Shown: positions 36,452 to 45,591 of the stretch, piece by piece
Layout of the letters: the number at the start of each line of letters is the position of its first letter
How positions within the stretch are numbered: position 1 is the stretch's first letter
Assembly: GCA_963667195.1 (NCBI GenBank)
Contig: OY762962.1
Location: forward strand, 1,048,883-1,112,882
From: Christensenellaceae bacterium
GTDB lineage: Bacteria; Bacillota; Clostridia; Christensenellales; CAG-138
Reading direction: 5' to 3'
Length of the DNA stretch: 64,000 nucleotides
Notes under the pieces: model-generated
Told to the model about the DNA's origin: nothing
What the model saw: the letters and a program-made list of their open reading frames with translations, nothing else
Databases searched by the model: none
Position numbers and translations under genes: made by a program

Positions 36452-37366
36452 ATGCATTCTGATATTGCGATCATCGGTGGCGGCCCCGCCGGTTTAACCG
36501 CGGGATTATACGCGGCACGCGGCGGCGCAAGCGTCACGCTATATGAAGAGCTCTTTCCCGGCGGACAGATTGCAAAGACGCCGCTGGTAGAAAACTATCC
36601 CGGTTTTCCGGACGGCGTGGTCGGCTACGAGGTCGGCTCGCTACTGCAAAAACAGGCGGAAAAATTCGGCCTGAAGGTGGAATATGCGGGCGCAACCGGC
36701 CTGATTCTGGAAGAAAACCCCAAGCGTATCCTGCTGCCCGACCGCGAGGACACGGCAAAGGCCGTCATCCTCTGCATGGGCGCGCACGCGCGCTCCCTCG
36801 GCATCCCGCGCGAAGAAGCGCTCGTCGGCGCGGGCGTGAGCTATTGCGCAACCTGCGACGGCGCATTCTTTAAGGAAAAAGCGGTCGCGGTGGTCGGCGG
36901 CGGCGACACGGCGATTTCGGACGCGCTGTATCTTTCGCGCTTCTGCACGAGCGTAACGGTGGTACACCGCAGGGATGAGTTCCGCGCGGCAGCCGTGCTG
37001 GTGGAAAAAGCCAAGCAGGTGCCGAACATCCACTTTGCGCTCTCCAGCGTGCCGGTCAATCTGATTGGCGAATGCTGCGTGCAAGGCCTCGAAATCATGG
37101 ACCTCAAGACCACAGCGCAGCGCGTGCTGCCCGTCTCCGGCGTGTTCGTCGCGGTCGGCATCACGCCGCAGAGCGCGCTCGTCAAGGGCGTCGTCAACAT
37201 GAACGAAGGCGGCAGCATCCTCACCGACGAATTCATGAAAACCAACATCCCCGGCGTCTATGCCGCGGGCGATATCCGCAACACACCGCTAAGACAGGTG
37301 ATCACCGCCTGCGCAGACGGCGCGGTTGCCGCAACCAGCGCGCTGGAGTTCATCTCCTGCCACTGA
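36452..37366 (+). CDS. trxB: thioredoxin-disulfide reductase
   Basis: GGGPAG FAD motif, redox-active CATCDG and a second GGGDTA motif. GGAGG RBS upstream of the ATG at 36452. Confidence 0.95.
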   Translation: MHSDIAIIGGGPAGLTAGLYAARGGASVTLYEELFPGGQIAKTPLVENYPGFPDGVVGYEVGSLLQKQAEKFGLKVEYAGATGLILEENPKRILLPDREDTAKAVILCMGAHARSLGIPREEALVGAGVSYCATCDGAFFKEKAVAVVGGGDTAISDALYLSRFCTSVTVVHRRDEFRAAAVLVEKAKQVPNIHFALSSVPVNLIGECCVQGLEIMDLKTTAQRVLPVSGVFVAVGITPQSALVKGVVNMNEGGSILTDEFMKTNIPGVYAAGDIRNTPLRQVITACADGAVAATSALEFISCH

Positions 37367-37438
37367 GCGCGATTGACCCCTGCAGAACAGCCTTCCTTGC
37401 AGTAGGAAAAGACGAACGAGACAGGAGAAGCAAACGCA

Positions 37439-38797
37439 ATGGGTAGACTCTTTGGAACAGATGGCGTGCGCGGCATTGCAAACCGCGATCTAAACTGTGA
37501 TCTCGCGTTTCAGATCGGCGCGGTCGGCGCCTATGTGCTCACCAACGAGGTACATTCCCCGCGCATCCTGATCGGTATGGATACGCGTAAATCCGGCCCG
37601 ATGCTGGGCGCGGCTCTCTCCGCGGGCGTCTGCTCCGTGGGCGGAGACGTGCTGGATGTCGGCATCCTGCCCACGCCCGCGATGGCGTATCTCGTGCGCC
37701 TGTACGAGGCGGACGCGGCCGTGATGATTTCGGCCAGCCACAACCCCATGGAATACAACGGCATCAAATGGTTCGACAAAAACGGCTTCAAGCTCTCGGA
37801 CGAGATTGAAGACCGCATCGAATCCATCATCCAAAGCGGCGAAAAGCTGCCCTGCCCGGAAGGGCGCGAGGTAGGCCGCATCATCTCCGCCGTCCGCGCA
37901 AAGAAGGACTACGCCGACTATCTCGTGGAGCAGTCGGAGTATCGCTTTGAGGGCTTGCGGATCGTGCTGGACTGCGCGCATGGCTCCGCCTCCTTCATCG
38001 CAAAAGAGGTATTCGAGCGTCTCGGCGCGGAAGTCATCGCAAAATCCTGCGCGCCCGACGGCATCAACATCAACGACCACTGCGGCAGCACGCACCCTGA
38101 GCGGCTGCAGGAGATGGTGGTCAACTACGGCGCGGACCTCGGCTTTGCGTTCGACGGAGACGCGGATCGCCTGATTTCCTGCGACGAATACGGCAACATC
38201 GTAGACGGCGACCAGGCGATGGGCATTCTGGCGCTCCACATGCACAGCAAGGGCACGCTGGTCAAAGACACGCTGGTGCTGACCGTGATGAGCAACCTGG
38301 GCCTCAAGAACGCGCTCAAGGAAGCGGGCGTGAGCATCGTGGAGACGAAGGTTGGCGACCGTTACGTGCTGGAAAACATGCTGGCAAACGGCTATTCCAT
38401 CGGCGGCGAACAGAGCGGACACATCATCCTGCTTGCGAAAAACACCACAGGGGACGGCATGATGAGCGCGATTTCGCTGCTTGGCGTCGTCGCGGAGACA
38501 AAGAAGCGGCTTAGCAAGCTCGCCTCCCGCATTCCGCAATATCCGCAGGTGCTGGTCAACGTCATCGTCGATAACAACGTAAAAGCCACCGCTCTGGCGG
38601 ACGAGGAGCTTTCCACACTCACGAAAGAAATCGAGGACAAGCTCGGCAAAAACGGGCGTGTACTGATCCGCGCCAGCGGCACGGAGCCGCTCGTGCGCAT
38701 CATGATCGAAGGGCAGGACGAGCAGTCCATCCTCGACCAGGCGCTGTCGCTCGCGCACATCATCGTGCGCAAATACAACGGAAAGATTCGCACCTGA
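37439..38797 (+). CDS. glmM: phosphoglucosamine mutase
   Basis: MGRLFGTDGVRG... and the active-site motif SASHNP; 452 aa. Confidence 0.95.
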   Translation: MGRLFGTDGVRGIANRDLNCDLAFQIGAVGAYVLTNEVHSPRILIGMDTRKSGPMLGAALSAGVCSVGGDVLDVGILPTPAMAYLVRLYEADAAVMISASHNPMEYNGIKWFDKNGFKLSDEIEDRIESIIQSGEKLPCPEGREVGRIISAVRAKKDYADYLVEQSEYRFEGLRIVLDCAHGSASFIAKEVFERLGAEVIAKSCAPDGININDHCGSTHPERLQEMVVNYGADLGFAFDGDADRLISCDEYGNIVDGDQAMGILALHMHSKGTLVKDTLVLTVMSNLGLKNALKEAGVSIVETKVGDRYVLENMLANGYSIGGEQSGHIILLAKNTTGDGMMSAISLLGVVAETKKRLSKLASRIPQYPQVLVNVIVDNNVKATALADEELSTLTKEIEDKLGKNGRVLIRASGTEPLVRIMIEGQDEQSILDQALSLAHIIVRKYNGKIRT

Positions 38798-39492
38798 TGC
38801 TGACAAAGGCGCAAAAAAGCGAAGCGCTCGCGATTTTACACGCAACCTATCCAAACGCGAAACCCGCGCTGGACTTCAGTACGCCGTTTGAGCTGCTGGT
38901 GGCAACCATCCTTTCCGCGCAGAGCACGGACGTGATGGTGAACAAATGCACGGCGGAGTTGTTCCCCGTCGCCAACACACCGGAAGCGATTGCCGCGATG
39001 ACGGAGGAGGAGCTCTTCCCCTACATCAAGCGCTGCGGCTTTTTCAACACGAAAGGGCGGCATATCCTCGAAACCGCGCGCATCCTCGCGACGCAATACG
39101 CAGGCGAGGTTCCGGCGAGCATTGAGGAGCTACAAAAACTGCCCGGCGTCGGGCGAAAGACCGCAAACGTGGTCGCGAGCAACGCCTTCGGCATCCCCGC
39201 CATCGCGGTGGACACGCATGTATTCCGCGTGAGCAATCGCATCGGCCTTGCCAACGCGAAAAACGTGGAAAAGACCGAGGAGCAGCTGCAAAAAGCGATT
39301 CCACGCGAGGACTGGACTGCGGCGCACCACTGGCTCATCTACCACGGACGTCAGATTTGCGATGCGCGAAAGCCGAAATGCGAAATCTGCCCGCTGAGTC
39401 ATCTCTGCCTGTACTATCAAGGCGGAAAACAAGCGGCAAAGAAACCAGCCGCAAAGAAACTGAATAGCACCAAAACAACACAGAAAGACTAG
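38797..39492 (+). CDS. nth: endonuclease III
   Basis: HhH-GPD domain (LPGVGRKTANVV) and a 4Fe-4S cluster CX6CX2CX5C at the C-terminus. The start overlaps the glmM stop (TGATG). Confidence 0.95.
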   Translation: MLTKAQKSEALAILHATYPNAKPALDFSTPFELLVATILSAQSTDVMVNKCTAELFPVANTPEAIAAMTEEELFPYIKRCGFFNTKGRHILETARILATQYAGEVPASIEELQKLPGVGRKTANVVASNAFGIPAIAVDTHVFRVSNRIGLANAKNVEKTEEQLQKAIPREDWTAAHHWLIYHGRQICDARKPKCEICPLSHLCLYYQGGKQAAKKPAAKKLNSTKTTQKD

Positions 39493-39500
39493 GTACCACC

Positions 39501-40766
39501 ATGCAATTTGTCGATAAAGCGCGCATCGTCGTCAAGGCCGGCAACGGCGGAGACGGGCACGCCTCCTTCCACCGCGAAAAATATGTGCAGCAGGGCGGCC
39601 CGGACGGCGGAGACGGCGGACGCGGCGGCGACCTCGTGTTTTTTGCCGATCCGCAGATGTCCACGCTGCTGGACTTCAAGTATCAGCGCTTTTACCGCGC
39701 GGAAAACGGCGAGCCGGGCAAAGCCGAGCTCAGCACGGGCAAGAACGGCAAGCCACTCGTGATTCGCGTACCCGTCGGCACCATTGTGCGGGACGTGGAA
39801 AGCGGCGCAATCCTCGCCGACATGAGCGAGGCGAACAAAGAGCGCATCATCCTTCGCGGCGGACGCGGCGGCAAGGGCAACGCAAAGTTTGCAACGGCAA
39901 CCCATCAGGCGCCGAGATTTTCCCAGCCGGGCATCAAGACCACGGAATATGAAGTGGAGCTGGAGCTCAAGTCGATTGCGGACGTTGGCCTCGTGGGGCT
40001 GCCATCCGTCGGAAAATCGACCATCCTCTCCGTGCTCACGGCGGCAAAGCCGAAGATCGCGGCGTATCACTTCACGACGCTCTCGCCAAACCTCGGCGTG
40101 GCCTCCCGCCACAACCGCTCGTTTGTGCTCGCGGATATCCCCGGCCTCATCGAGGGAGCTGCGGAAGGCGCGGGACTGGGTCACGACTTCCTGCGGCACA
40201 TTGAACGCACGCGCATGCTGGTGCACGTGGTCGATATCGCGGGCAGCGAGATGCGCGATCCCATTGAAGATTTTCAGAAGATCAACGACGAGCTGACGAA
40301 GTTTTCTCCGCTTCTGGGCGAGATTCCGCAGCTGGTCGCGGCAAACAAGACCGACCTGCCCGAGTCGGAAGAAAACCTCGCAAAGTTTAAGGAAGCGTAT
40401 CCGAACGTGGAGGTGTTCCCCGTTTCGGCGGTCACCGTGCAGGGCTTTGAGGCGCTGCTCGATCGCGTGGTGCAGGTGCTCGATACCCTGCCGCCCGTGC
40501 TGCGATACGAGGAGACGGATCTCGTCGAAACCTCCAGCTATGAAGCGGGCTTCCACATCGAGCGCGGCGACGACGGCGTGTTTGACGTTACCGGCGGCGA
40601 TGTAGAAAAGCTGCTCGATTCCACCGACCCGGACGACGACCTCTCCATGCGCAGATTCCAGCAGATGCTGGTCAAGAACGGCATCATTGCGGCGCTGCGC
40701 GAGATGGGCGCGAAGGACGGCGACAGCATCCGCCTCGGCGAATGGGAGTTTGACTTCCTCGACTAA
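39501..40766 (+). CDS. obg: GTPase Obg/CgtA
   Basis: MQFVDKARIVVKAGNGGDG..., G1 motif GLPSVGKST and a C-terminal OCT/DUF1967 domain; 421 aa. Confidence 0.95.
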   Translation: MQFVDKARIVVKAGNGGDGHASFHREKYVQQGGPDGGDGGRGGDLVFFADPQMSTLLDFKYQRFYRAENGEPGKAELSTGKNGKPLVIRVPVGTIVRDVESGAILADMSEANKERIILRGGRGGKGNAKFATATHQAPRFSQPGIKTTEYEVELELKSIADVGLVGLPSVGKSTILSVLTAAKPKIAAYHFTTLSPNLGVASRHNRSFVLADIPGLIEGAAEGAGLGHDFLRHIERTRMLVHVVDIAGSEMRDPIEDFQKINDELTKFSPLLGEIPQLVAANKTDLPESEENLAKFKEAYPNVEVFPVSAVTVQGFEALLDRVVQVLDTLPPVLRYEETDLVETSSYEAGFHIERGDDGVFDVTGGDVEKLLDSTDPDDDLSMRRFQQMLVKNGIIAALREMGAKDGDSIRLGEWEFDFLD

Positions 40767-40829
40767 ATCCGGCGCGAGCTGAACTGGTACAAAACAAGAG
40801 AATATTGGATGCGAAAGGCGGTATCGAAG

Positions 40830-41255
40830 ATGGAGCAAGTAGCACGAATCAGCATTACCGTCGAGACGACGGTGCCCGTTTCGCCGGAGTTGGCGTGGGA
40901 ATATTGGACAAAACCCGCGCACATCACCCAGTGGAATCAGGCCTCCGACGACTGGCACACGCCGCGTGCGGAAAGCGATCTTCGCGCGGGCGGCGCGTTC
41001 AGCTCTCGTATGGAGTCCAAGGATGGCAAATACGGCTTCGACTTCGGCGGCATTTTCGACACGGTGGAACCGCCTCGCCTTCTCGCCTACACGATCGGAG
41101 ACGGGCGCAAGGTTCAGGTTACGTTTGAGTCCGTCGCGTCCGGCACGCATATCGTCGAAACGTTTGAGGCGGAAGGCGAAAACTCCGCCGAGCTCCAGCG
41201 CCAAGGCTGGCAGGCAATCATGGACAGCTACCGCAAATACGTCACAAAACAATAA
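40830..41255 (+). CDS. SRPBCC (AHSA1/START-like) domain protein
   Basis: 141 aa; ...ITVETTVPVSPELAWEYWTKPAHITQW... is typical of the Aha1-like SRPBCC fold. Confidence 0.8.
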   Translation: MEQVARISITVETTVPVSPELAWEYWTKPAHITQWNQASDDWHTPRAESDLRAGGAFSSRMESKDGKYGFDFGGIFDTVEPPRLLAYTIGDGRKVQVTFESVASGTHIVETFEAEGENSAELQRQGWQAIMDSYRKYVTKQ

Positions 41256-41270
41256 CGAATTCACGCAAGC

Positions 41271-41297
41271 AAAGCGCCCGCCTGACGGCGGGCGTTT
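41271..41297. terminator. bidirectional GC-rich hairpin terminator
   Basis: AAAGCGCCCGCC-tgac-GGCGGGCGTTT, lying between convergent genes. Confidence 0.7.
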
Positions 41298-41317
41298 CTA
41301 TGTTTTTTCGTAAAAAA

Positions 41318-42208
41318 TCAGTAATCGATTCTAAAATAGTCCAGATATTTCTTGAACTGATCCTGCGCGGCAACGCAGGTTTCCCGCAGGTAGCCCCGCT
41401 CTTCTGGCCAGTTTTGCAGCCCGCGATAATAAAACATCTTGAGTTCATCGCCGATAATGAACGGGACAATGTTGTTGCGTAGGCATTCCTTGAACAAAAT
41501 CAGCCGGCCCACGCGCCCGTTTCCGTCCTGAAACGCGTGAATCCGCTCAAACCGAGCATGAAAGTCGAGAATGTCGTCCAGCGTTTTATTCGGGATGGCA
41601 TTATATACATGCAATAGCTTCTTCATCTCGTCCGAAACATCTTCCGGCGCGGTGGTCTGTTTACCGCCGACCTCGTTTGGCAGCCTCTTATAGCCGCCGA
41701 CGGCAAACCAGCTCTTGCGCGCGTCGCTCGTGCCGCTCTTCAGCGTCAGGTGCAGTTGCTTGATGAAATTCTCGCTCAGCGTGGCATTCGCCTGATCGAT
41801 GACACGATCGATACAGCGAAAGTGATTCGCGGTCTCCACGATATCGTCCACGTTGACGGAACCGCTGTCGGCTCCGATGGTGTTCGTCTCAAAGATATAG
41901 CGCGTCTGATCCTGCGTGAGCCTGCTTCCCTCTATGCGGTTGGAGTTGTAGGTCAGCTCAATCTGAACTTTGTGGTAGATGCCTCCGGGGAGATGCGCTT
42001 CCTTCTCCGCCCGGAGCCGATGCAGCAGCGTTTCCGGCGCGCTGTTCCGTTTGTTTACGCGCTCCGGCCGCTGTGCGCTTTCGGGAATGCTCCACGTCTT
42101 GCCCACGAGAAACGCTTGCGGAATCTTGCCGTTCGCGCAATAATTGCGCACCGTGCGCTCCGCAATACCCCAGCGCTTAGCCGTTTCCGCTACGGAAAGA
42201 TAGTTCAT
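41318..42208 (-). CDS. Fic family protein with N-terminal HTH DNA-binding domain
   Basis: HTH region YLSVAETAKRWGIAERTVRNYCANGKIP, inhibitory-type motif SNRIEGS and Fic motif HAFQDGNGRVGR. RBS GAAGGAGG upstream. Confidence 0.85.
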   Translation of the reverse strand: MNYLSVAETAKRWGIAERTVRNYCANGKIPQAFLVGKTWSIPESAQRPERVNKRNSAPETLLHRLRAEKEAHLPGGIYHKVQIELTYNSNRIEGSRLTQDQTRYIFETNTIGADSGSVNVDDIVETANHFRCIDRVIDQANATLSENFIKQLHLTLKSGTSDARKSWFAVGGYKRLPNEVGGKQTTAPEDVSDEMKKLLHVYNAIPNKTLDDILDFHARFERIHAFQDGNGRVGRLILFKECLRNNIVPFIIGDELKMFYYRGLQNWPEERGYLRETCVAAQDQFKKYLDYFRIDY

Positions 42209-42246
42209 GCCTCTCGCCTCCTTCATATACGTTCATCATAACACGT

Positions 42247-42299
42247 TATCGGCAAGAAACATATCATAACTTCGAATGAAATTCGCTTTCTTGCCGATA
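42247..42299. promoter_or_regulatory. 13-bp perfect inverted repeat between the internal-repeat protein gene and the HTH-Fic gene
   Basis: TATCGGCAAGAAA (42247-42259) and TTTCTTGCCGATA (42287-42299), 27 nt apart, enclosing a second small inverted repeat CGAAT-ttc-ATTCG. It could be a terminator or an operator. Confidence 0.5.
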
Positions 42300-42310
42300 G
42301 CGGCAAGTTT

Positions 42311-42682
42311 TTACTTTTGTATTTCCCGGCGGATCAGCTCCTGCGCGATTGCAAACGCGCGAAGTCTGCGTACCGCGAGGGTGTGCTGCGGCGTGCCCTC
42401 GGCGAACTTCGGCAGTACGGATTCCACGCGAACCGAGGCAAACGCGAAGGCTTCGCTCGCCTGATTGAGGGATTCCAGTGAGAATTTAACCTCTTCGCCA
42501 GAGTCACCTTGCTCCCGCGCGATGAGTTGGAGCGCAAGCGAATATGCCGCGATGCCGCGCGCGGTCAGGCGGTGTTGCGCGGTGCCGTCCTTGAGCTTGA
42601 GAATTGCTTTTTCGCTCTTCATCCGCGTGGAGTCAATCGCCCGCGCGGCCTCGGAAAGTTCCTCTTTCGAAAAGACTTCCAT
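42311..42682 (-). CDS. hypothetical protein with an internal duplication
   Basis: 123 aa, RBS GGGAGG. The two halves share ...K(L/F)(K/A)(D/E)GT(A/P)QH(R/T)L(T/A)(A/V)R...A...A..LI.RE. Confidence 0.6.
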   Translation of the reverse strand: MEVFSKEELSEAARAIDSTRMKSEKAILKLKDGTAQHRLTARGIAAYSLALQLIAREQGDSGEEVKFSLESLNQASEAFAFASVRVESVLPKFAEGTPQHTLAVRRLRAFAIAQELIRREIQK

Positions 42683-42736
42683 GCGTTCCTCCCGTTGAAA
42701 AAGCCCGCCGTAAAAGGCGGGCAAGTTGTGTGTTTG

Positions 42737-44137
42737 TTACTGTTCTTCCGTCGCGAGCCTGCGACCCATCAGCACGCCCATGACCGAAGCCATCATGAGT
42801 CCGCGCGTCCAGCCACTGGAATCGCCCAGCGAGTAGAAGCCCTGAATGTTGGTCGTGAATGATTCGTCCATCTTTACACGGTTAGAGTAGAACTTCAGCT
42901 CCGGCGAATAGAGCAGCGTCTCCGCCGCGGCAAAGCCGGGCACGACGTGGTCGACCGCCTGAATGAAGTTGATGATGTTCGTCATCGCGCGATACGGCAT
43001 CGCCGCGGTGATGTCTCCCGCGACCGCGTCCGGCAGCGTTGGCACCACGTTGGAGAACGAAAGCTCTCTCTGCCAGGTGCGCTTACCGTCGAGGATATCG
43101 CCATAGCGCTGCACGAGGATGTGTCCCGCGCCGAGCATGTTGGTGAGTTCGCCGACCTTTTGCGCGTAGGCAATCGGTTGATCGAACGGCACATTGAAGT
43201 TATGCGAGCAGAGAATCGCCAAATTGGTGTTGTTGGACTTCTTCTCTTTATACGCGTGGCCGTTTACCACGGCGAGGTCGTTGTCGTAGTTCTCCTGGCT
43301 CACGAACCCGCCGGGGTTCTGGCAGAAGGTGCGAACCTTGTTGCGGAACGGCTGTGGATAGCCGATGAGCTTGCTTTCGTAGAGCACCTCGTTGACGGTC
43401 TCCATGACCTCGTTGCGCACCTCGACGCGCACGCCGATATCCACCGTGCCGGGTTGATGCGCGATGCCGTGCTCCGCGCAGATGTTCTCCAGCCAGTCCG
43501 CACCGCGGCGACCGGTTGCGATGACGACCGTCTTTGCAAAGAGCTCAAAGCCCTGCTTGCCGTCGTTGAGCAGAACGCCCTTGCAGACGTTGTTTTCTAG
43601 GATCAGGTTTTCGCAGGCGTGGCCAAAGAGCATCTCCACGCCGTTTTTGAGCAGATATTGCTCGATGGCGTAGTAGATATCCTGCGCTTTTTCCGTGCCA
43701 AGGTGGCGAATCGGGCAATCGACAAGCTTAAGCCCCGCCTGAATCGCGCGGCGGCGGATCTCCTTGACGGCTGCGGAGTTGTTGATGCCCTCAACGTGCT
43801 CGTCCGCGCCAAACTCCAGATAGATCCCGTCGGTATAATCGATCGCTGCCTGCGCCTTATCCGGCCCGATGAGTGTCGGCAAATCTCCGCCTACCTCAAA
43901 CGAGAGCGAGAGCTTGCCATCCGAAAACGCGCCCGCGCCAGAAAATCCGGTGGTGATGTGGCAATATGGTTTGCAGTTGACGCAGCGGCCGGTTACGGCC
44001 TTCGGGCAACGGCGCTGCTCCACAGCGAGGCCCTTTTCCACAATGACGATGCGCTGTTTTGTGCCGCGCTTGATCATCTCGAGTGCGGTAAAAATGCCCG
44101 AAGGGCCTGCGCCAACGATCACAACGTCTGTCTGCAT
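42737..44137 (-). CDS. NAD(P)/FAD-dependent oxidoreductase (COG2509-like)
   Basis: VVIVGAGPSGIF dinucleotide motif at the N-terminus; 466 aa. Confidence 0.8.
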   Translation of the reverse strand: MQTDVVIVGAGPSGIFTALEMIKRGTKQRIVIVEKGLAVEQRRCPKAVTGRCVNCKPYCHITTGFSGAGAFSDGKLSLSFEVGGDLPTLIGPDKAQAAIDYTDGIYLEFGADEHVEGINNSAAVKEIRRRAIQAGLKLVDCPIRHLGTEKAQDIYYAIEQYLLKNGVEMLFGHACENLILENNVCKGVLLNDGKQGFELFAKTVVIATGRRGADWLENICAEHGIAHQPGTVDIGVRVEVRNEVMETVNEVLYESKLIGYPQPFRNKVRTFCQNPGGFVSQENYDNDLAVVNGHAYKEKKSNNTNLAILCSHNFNVPFDQPIAYAQKVGELTNMLGAGHILVQRYGDILDGKRTWQRELSFSNVVPTLPDAVAGDITAAMPYRAMTNIINFIQAVDHVVPGFAAAETLLYSPELKFYSNRVKMDESFTTNIQGFYSLGDSSGWTRGLMMASVMGVLMGRRLATEEQ

Positions 44138-44372
44138 ATGTGTTCCTCCTAGTCAGTGTCCGAGTTTGCGTTCGTGCCGGAAGCGCGATTTTTCGGGGCG
44201 GAATCGCCCGAATCGCGTCAACCAACAAAGTAATATATTTATCAGAAATCAACGGTTTTGTCAAATAAAACCTGCGTAAAACGCAAAACAGCGCGATCTC
44301 GTGCCCGCTCTTTTCAGTCCAGAGAAAGCATGGTATAATGATACATCTTGTAAACGTAGGAGCGCCTCAGGA

Positions 44373-45140
44373 ATGCAGCTATCAGAATTGGTCCGCCGCA
44401 TCCGCAGCGGTGAAAAAGAAGCCGTCAAGGAGCTCGTCGCGACATACGGCAGCGCGGTTTATCAGCGCGCCTTTGAGCGCACGAACGACAAAGAGCTCGC
44501 GCGCGAAGCCGCACGCCAAACCTTCGGCCAGTTTGTCGCAATCGTGCAGCAGCAGCCGCAGGACGATGGCTGGACGCTCTGGTTTGGCGACCTGATCGAG
44601 CGCAACATCTCGACCTATGCGCAGATCAGCACCGACATGCGCACCATCGAGAGCGAGCTGGATCACGAGCTGGTACAGACAACTCCTGCTTATACGGCAA
44701 CCCCCGCTTACACAGCACCAGCGCCCGCAGCGCAACCCGCGGCAAAAGAACCGGAGTCCTTCATCTGGCGCGCACCGGAGCCGGAAGCACCGCAGCGCAA
44801 ACCGGAACCGCCGCAGCAAAGCTGGCGCGAGGCAGAGGAACTGCCGCAGCGTGCACCGGAAAAGGGCAGGCGCAACGACAAGAAACGCAAGCAGGATGAT
44901 CGCGGCAGGGAACCCGAACCACGCGCACACAAGGACAGCATTCGGGACGAAATCTTCGACGAACCCTATCGCAAAAAGGCGAAAGGCGGCGCGGGCCACG
45001 GATTCTCCATCGTGCTGCTGATTCTCGTGAGTCTCCTGTTGCTCTGGGTTGTTGTGGGCGTCGCGATGACGCTGCAATGGATTCCGACCTACGACCTCGG
45101 CTTCAACTGGTTTAACCAGAATGTGTTTAAGCTCTTTTAA
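44373..45140 (+). CDS. membrane-anchored protein with a sigma-70 region-2-like N-terminus, Pro/charged linker and C-terminal TM
   Basis: MQLSELVRRIRSGEKEAVKELVATYGSAVYQRAFERTNDKELAREAARQTF... resembles the start of ECF sigma factors, but no region 4 follows. Instead there is a low-complexity PEP/KR-rich stretch and then the TM segment FSIVLLILVSLLLLWVVVGVAM. Confidence 0.55.
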   Translation: MQLSELVRRIRSGEKEAVKELVATYGSAVYQRAFERTNDKELAREAARQTFGQFVAIVQQQPQDDGWTLWFGDLIERNISTYAQISTDMRTIESELDHELVQTTPAYTATPAYTAPAPAAQPAAKEPESFIWRAPEPEAPQRKPEPPQQSWREAEELPQRAPEKGRRNDKKRKQDDRGREPEPRAHKDSIRDEIFDEPYRKKAKGGAGHGFSIVLLILVSLLLLWVVVGVAMTLQWIPTYDLGFNWFNQNVFKLF

Positions 45141-45163
45141 TGTAAAAAACGCATTTGCGCAAC

Positions 45164-45193
45164 AAAAAAGATCGGGTTTCACCCGATCTTTTT
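45164..45193. terminator. bidirectional rho-independent terminator
   Basis: An A-run, then GATCGGGT-ttc-ACCCGATC, then a T-run. Confidence 0.75.
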
Positions 45194-45199
45194 GATTGT

Positions 45200-45472
45200 T
45201 TACTTCTCTTCCGGCTTTTGACGGTAGAGCACAAACTTTCTGCCGATGCACTGGATTACCTCGGCACCAAGTGCTTCGGCAAGCTGCGTCGACGCGTCCT
45301 TTGCCGAAAGCGCGCTGGTTTCGAGTACCGCAAGCTTGATCAGCTCGCGCTTGGTCAACGCCTCGTCCACGCTCTTGATCAGGTTTTCTCCAATGTCTTC
45401 CTTGCCGATCTGAAAAATCGGCTTGAGTGTATTCGCCAATTTGCGATATCCCGCGCGTTCCGCTCCGGTCAT
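45200..45472 (-). CDS. yhbY: YhbY/CRM-domain RNA-binding protein
   Basis: 90 aa; ...LKPIFQIGKEDIGENLIKSVDEALTKRELIKLAV... matches the YhbY pattern. Confidence 0.85.
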   Translation of the reverse strand: MTGAERAGYRKLANTLKPIFQIGKEDIGENLIKSVDEALTKRELIKLAVLETSALSAKDASTQLAEALGAEVIQCIGRKFVLYRQKPEEK

Positions 45473-45591
45473 ATTCTGGCATCCCCTCTCCCGCTTGCGC
45501 GGGGTTCGAATTTTTTATTTTTGCGCCTGATTATAACACGTCATGCGTGAAAAAGCGAGAGAGTCTGCGGAAAATTGCGCGATGACAATGT

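Noticed and set aside
39489-41264. Very long ORFs antisense to, or overlapping, real genes. This 591-aa ORF opposite obg is one example; others include 6697-7866 (+), 9872-10897 (-), 37490-38854 (-), 46684-48102 (+), 52282-53631 (+) and 55391-56239 (+).
   Set aside because: They lie opposite or out of frame to genes with unmistakable conserved motifs, are Arg/Ala/Gly/His-rich as expected of shadow frames in high-G+C DNA, and lack RBS signals.
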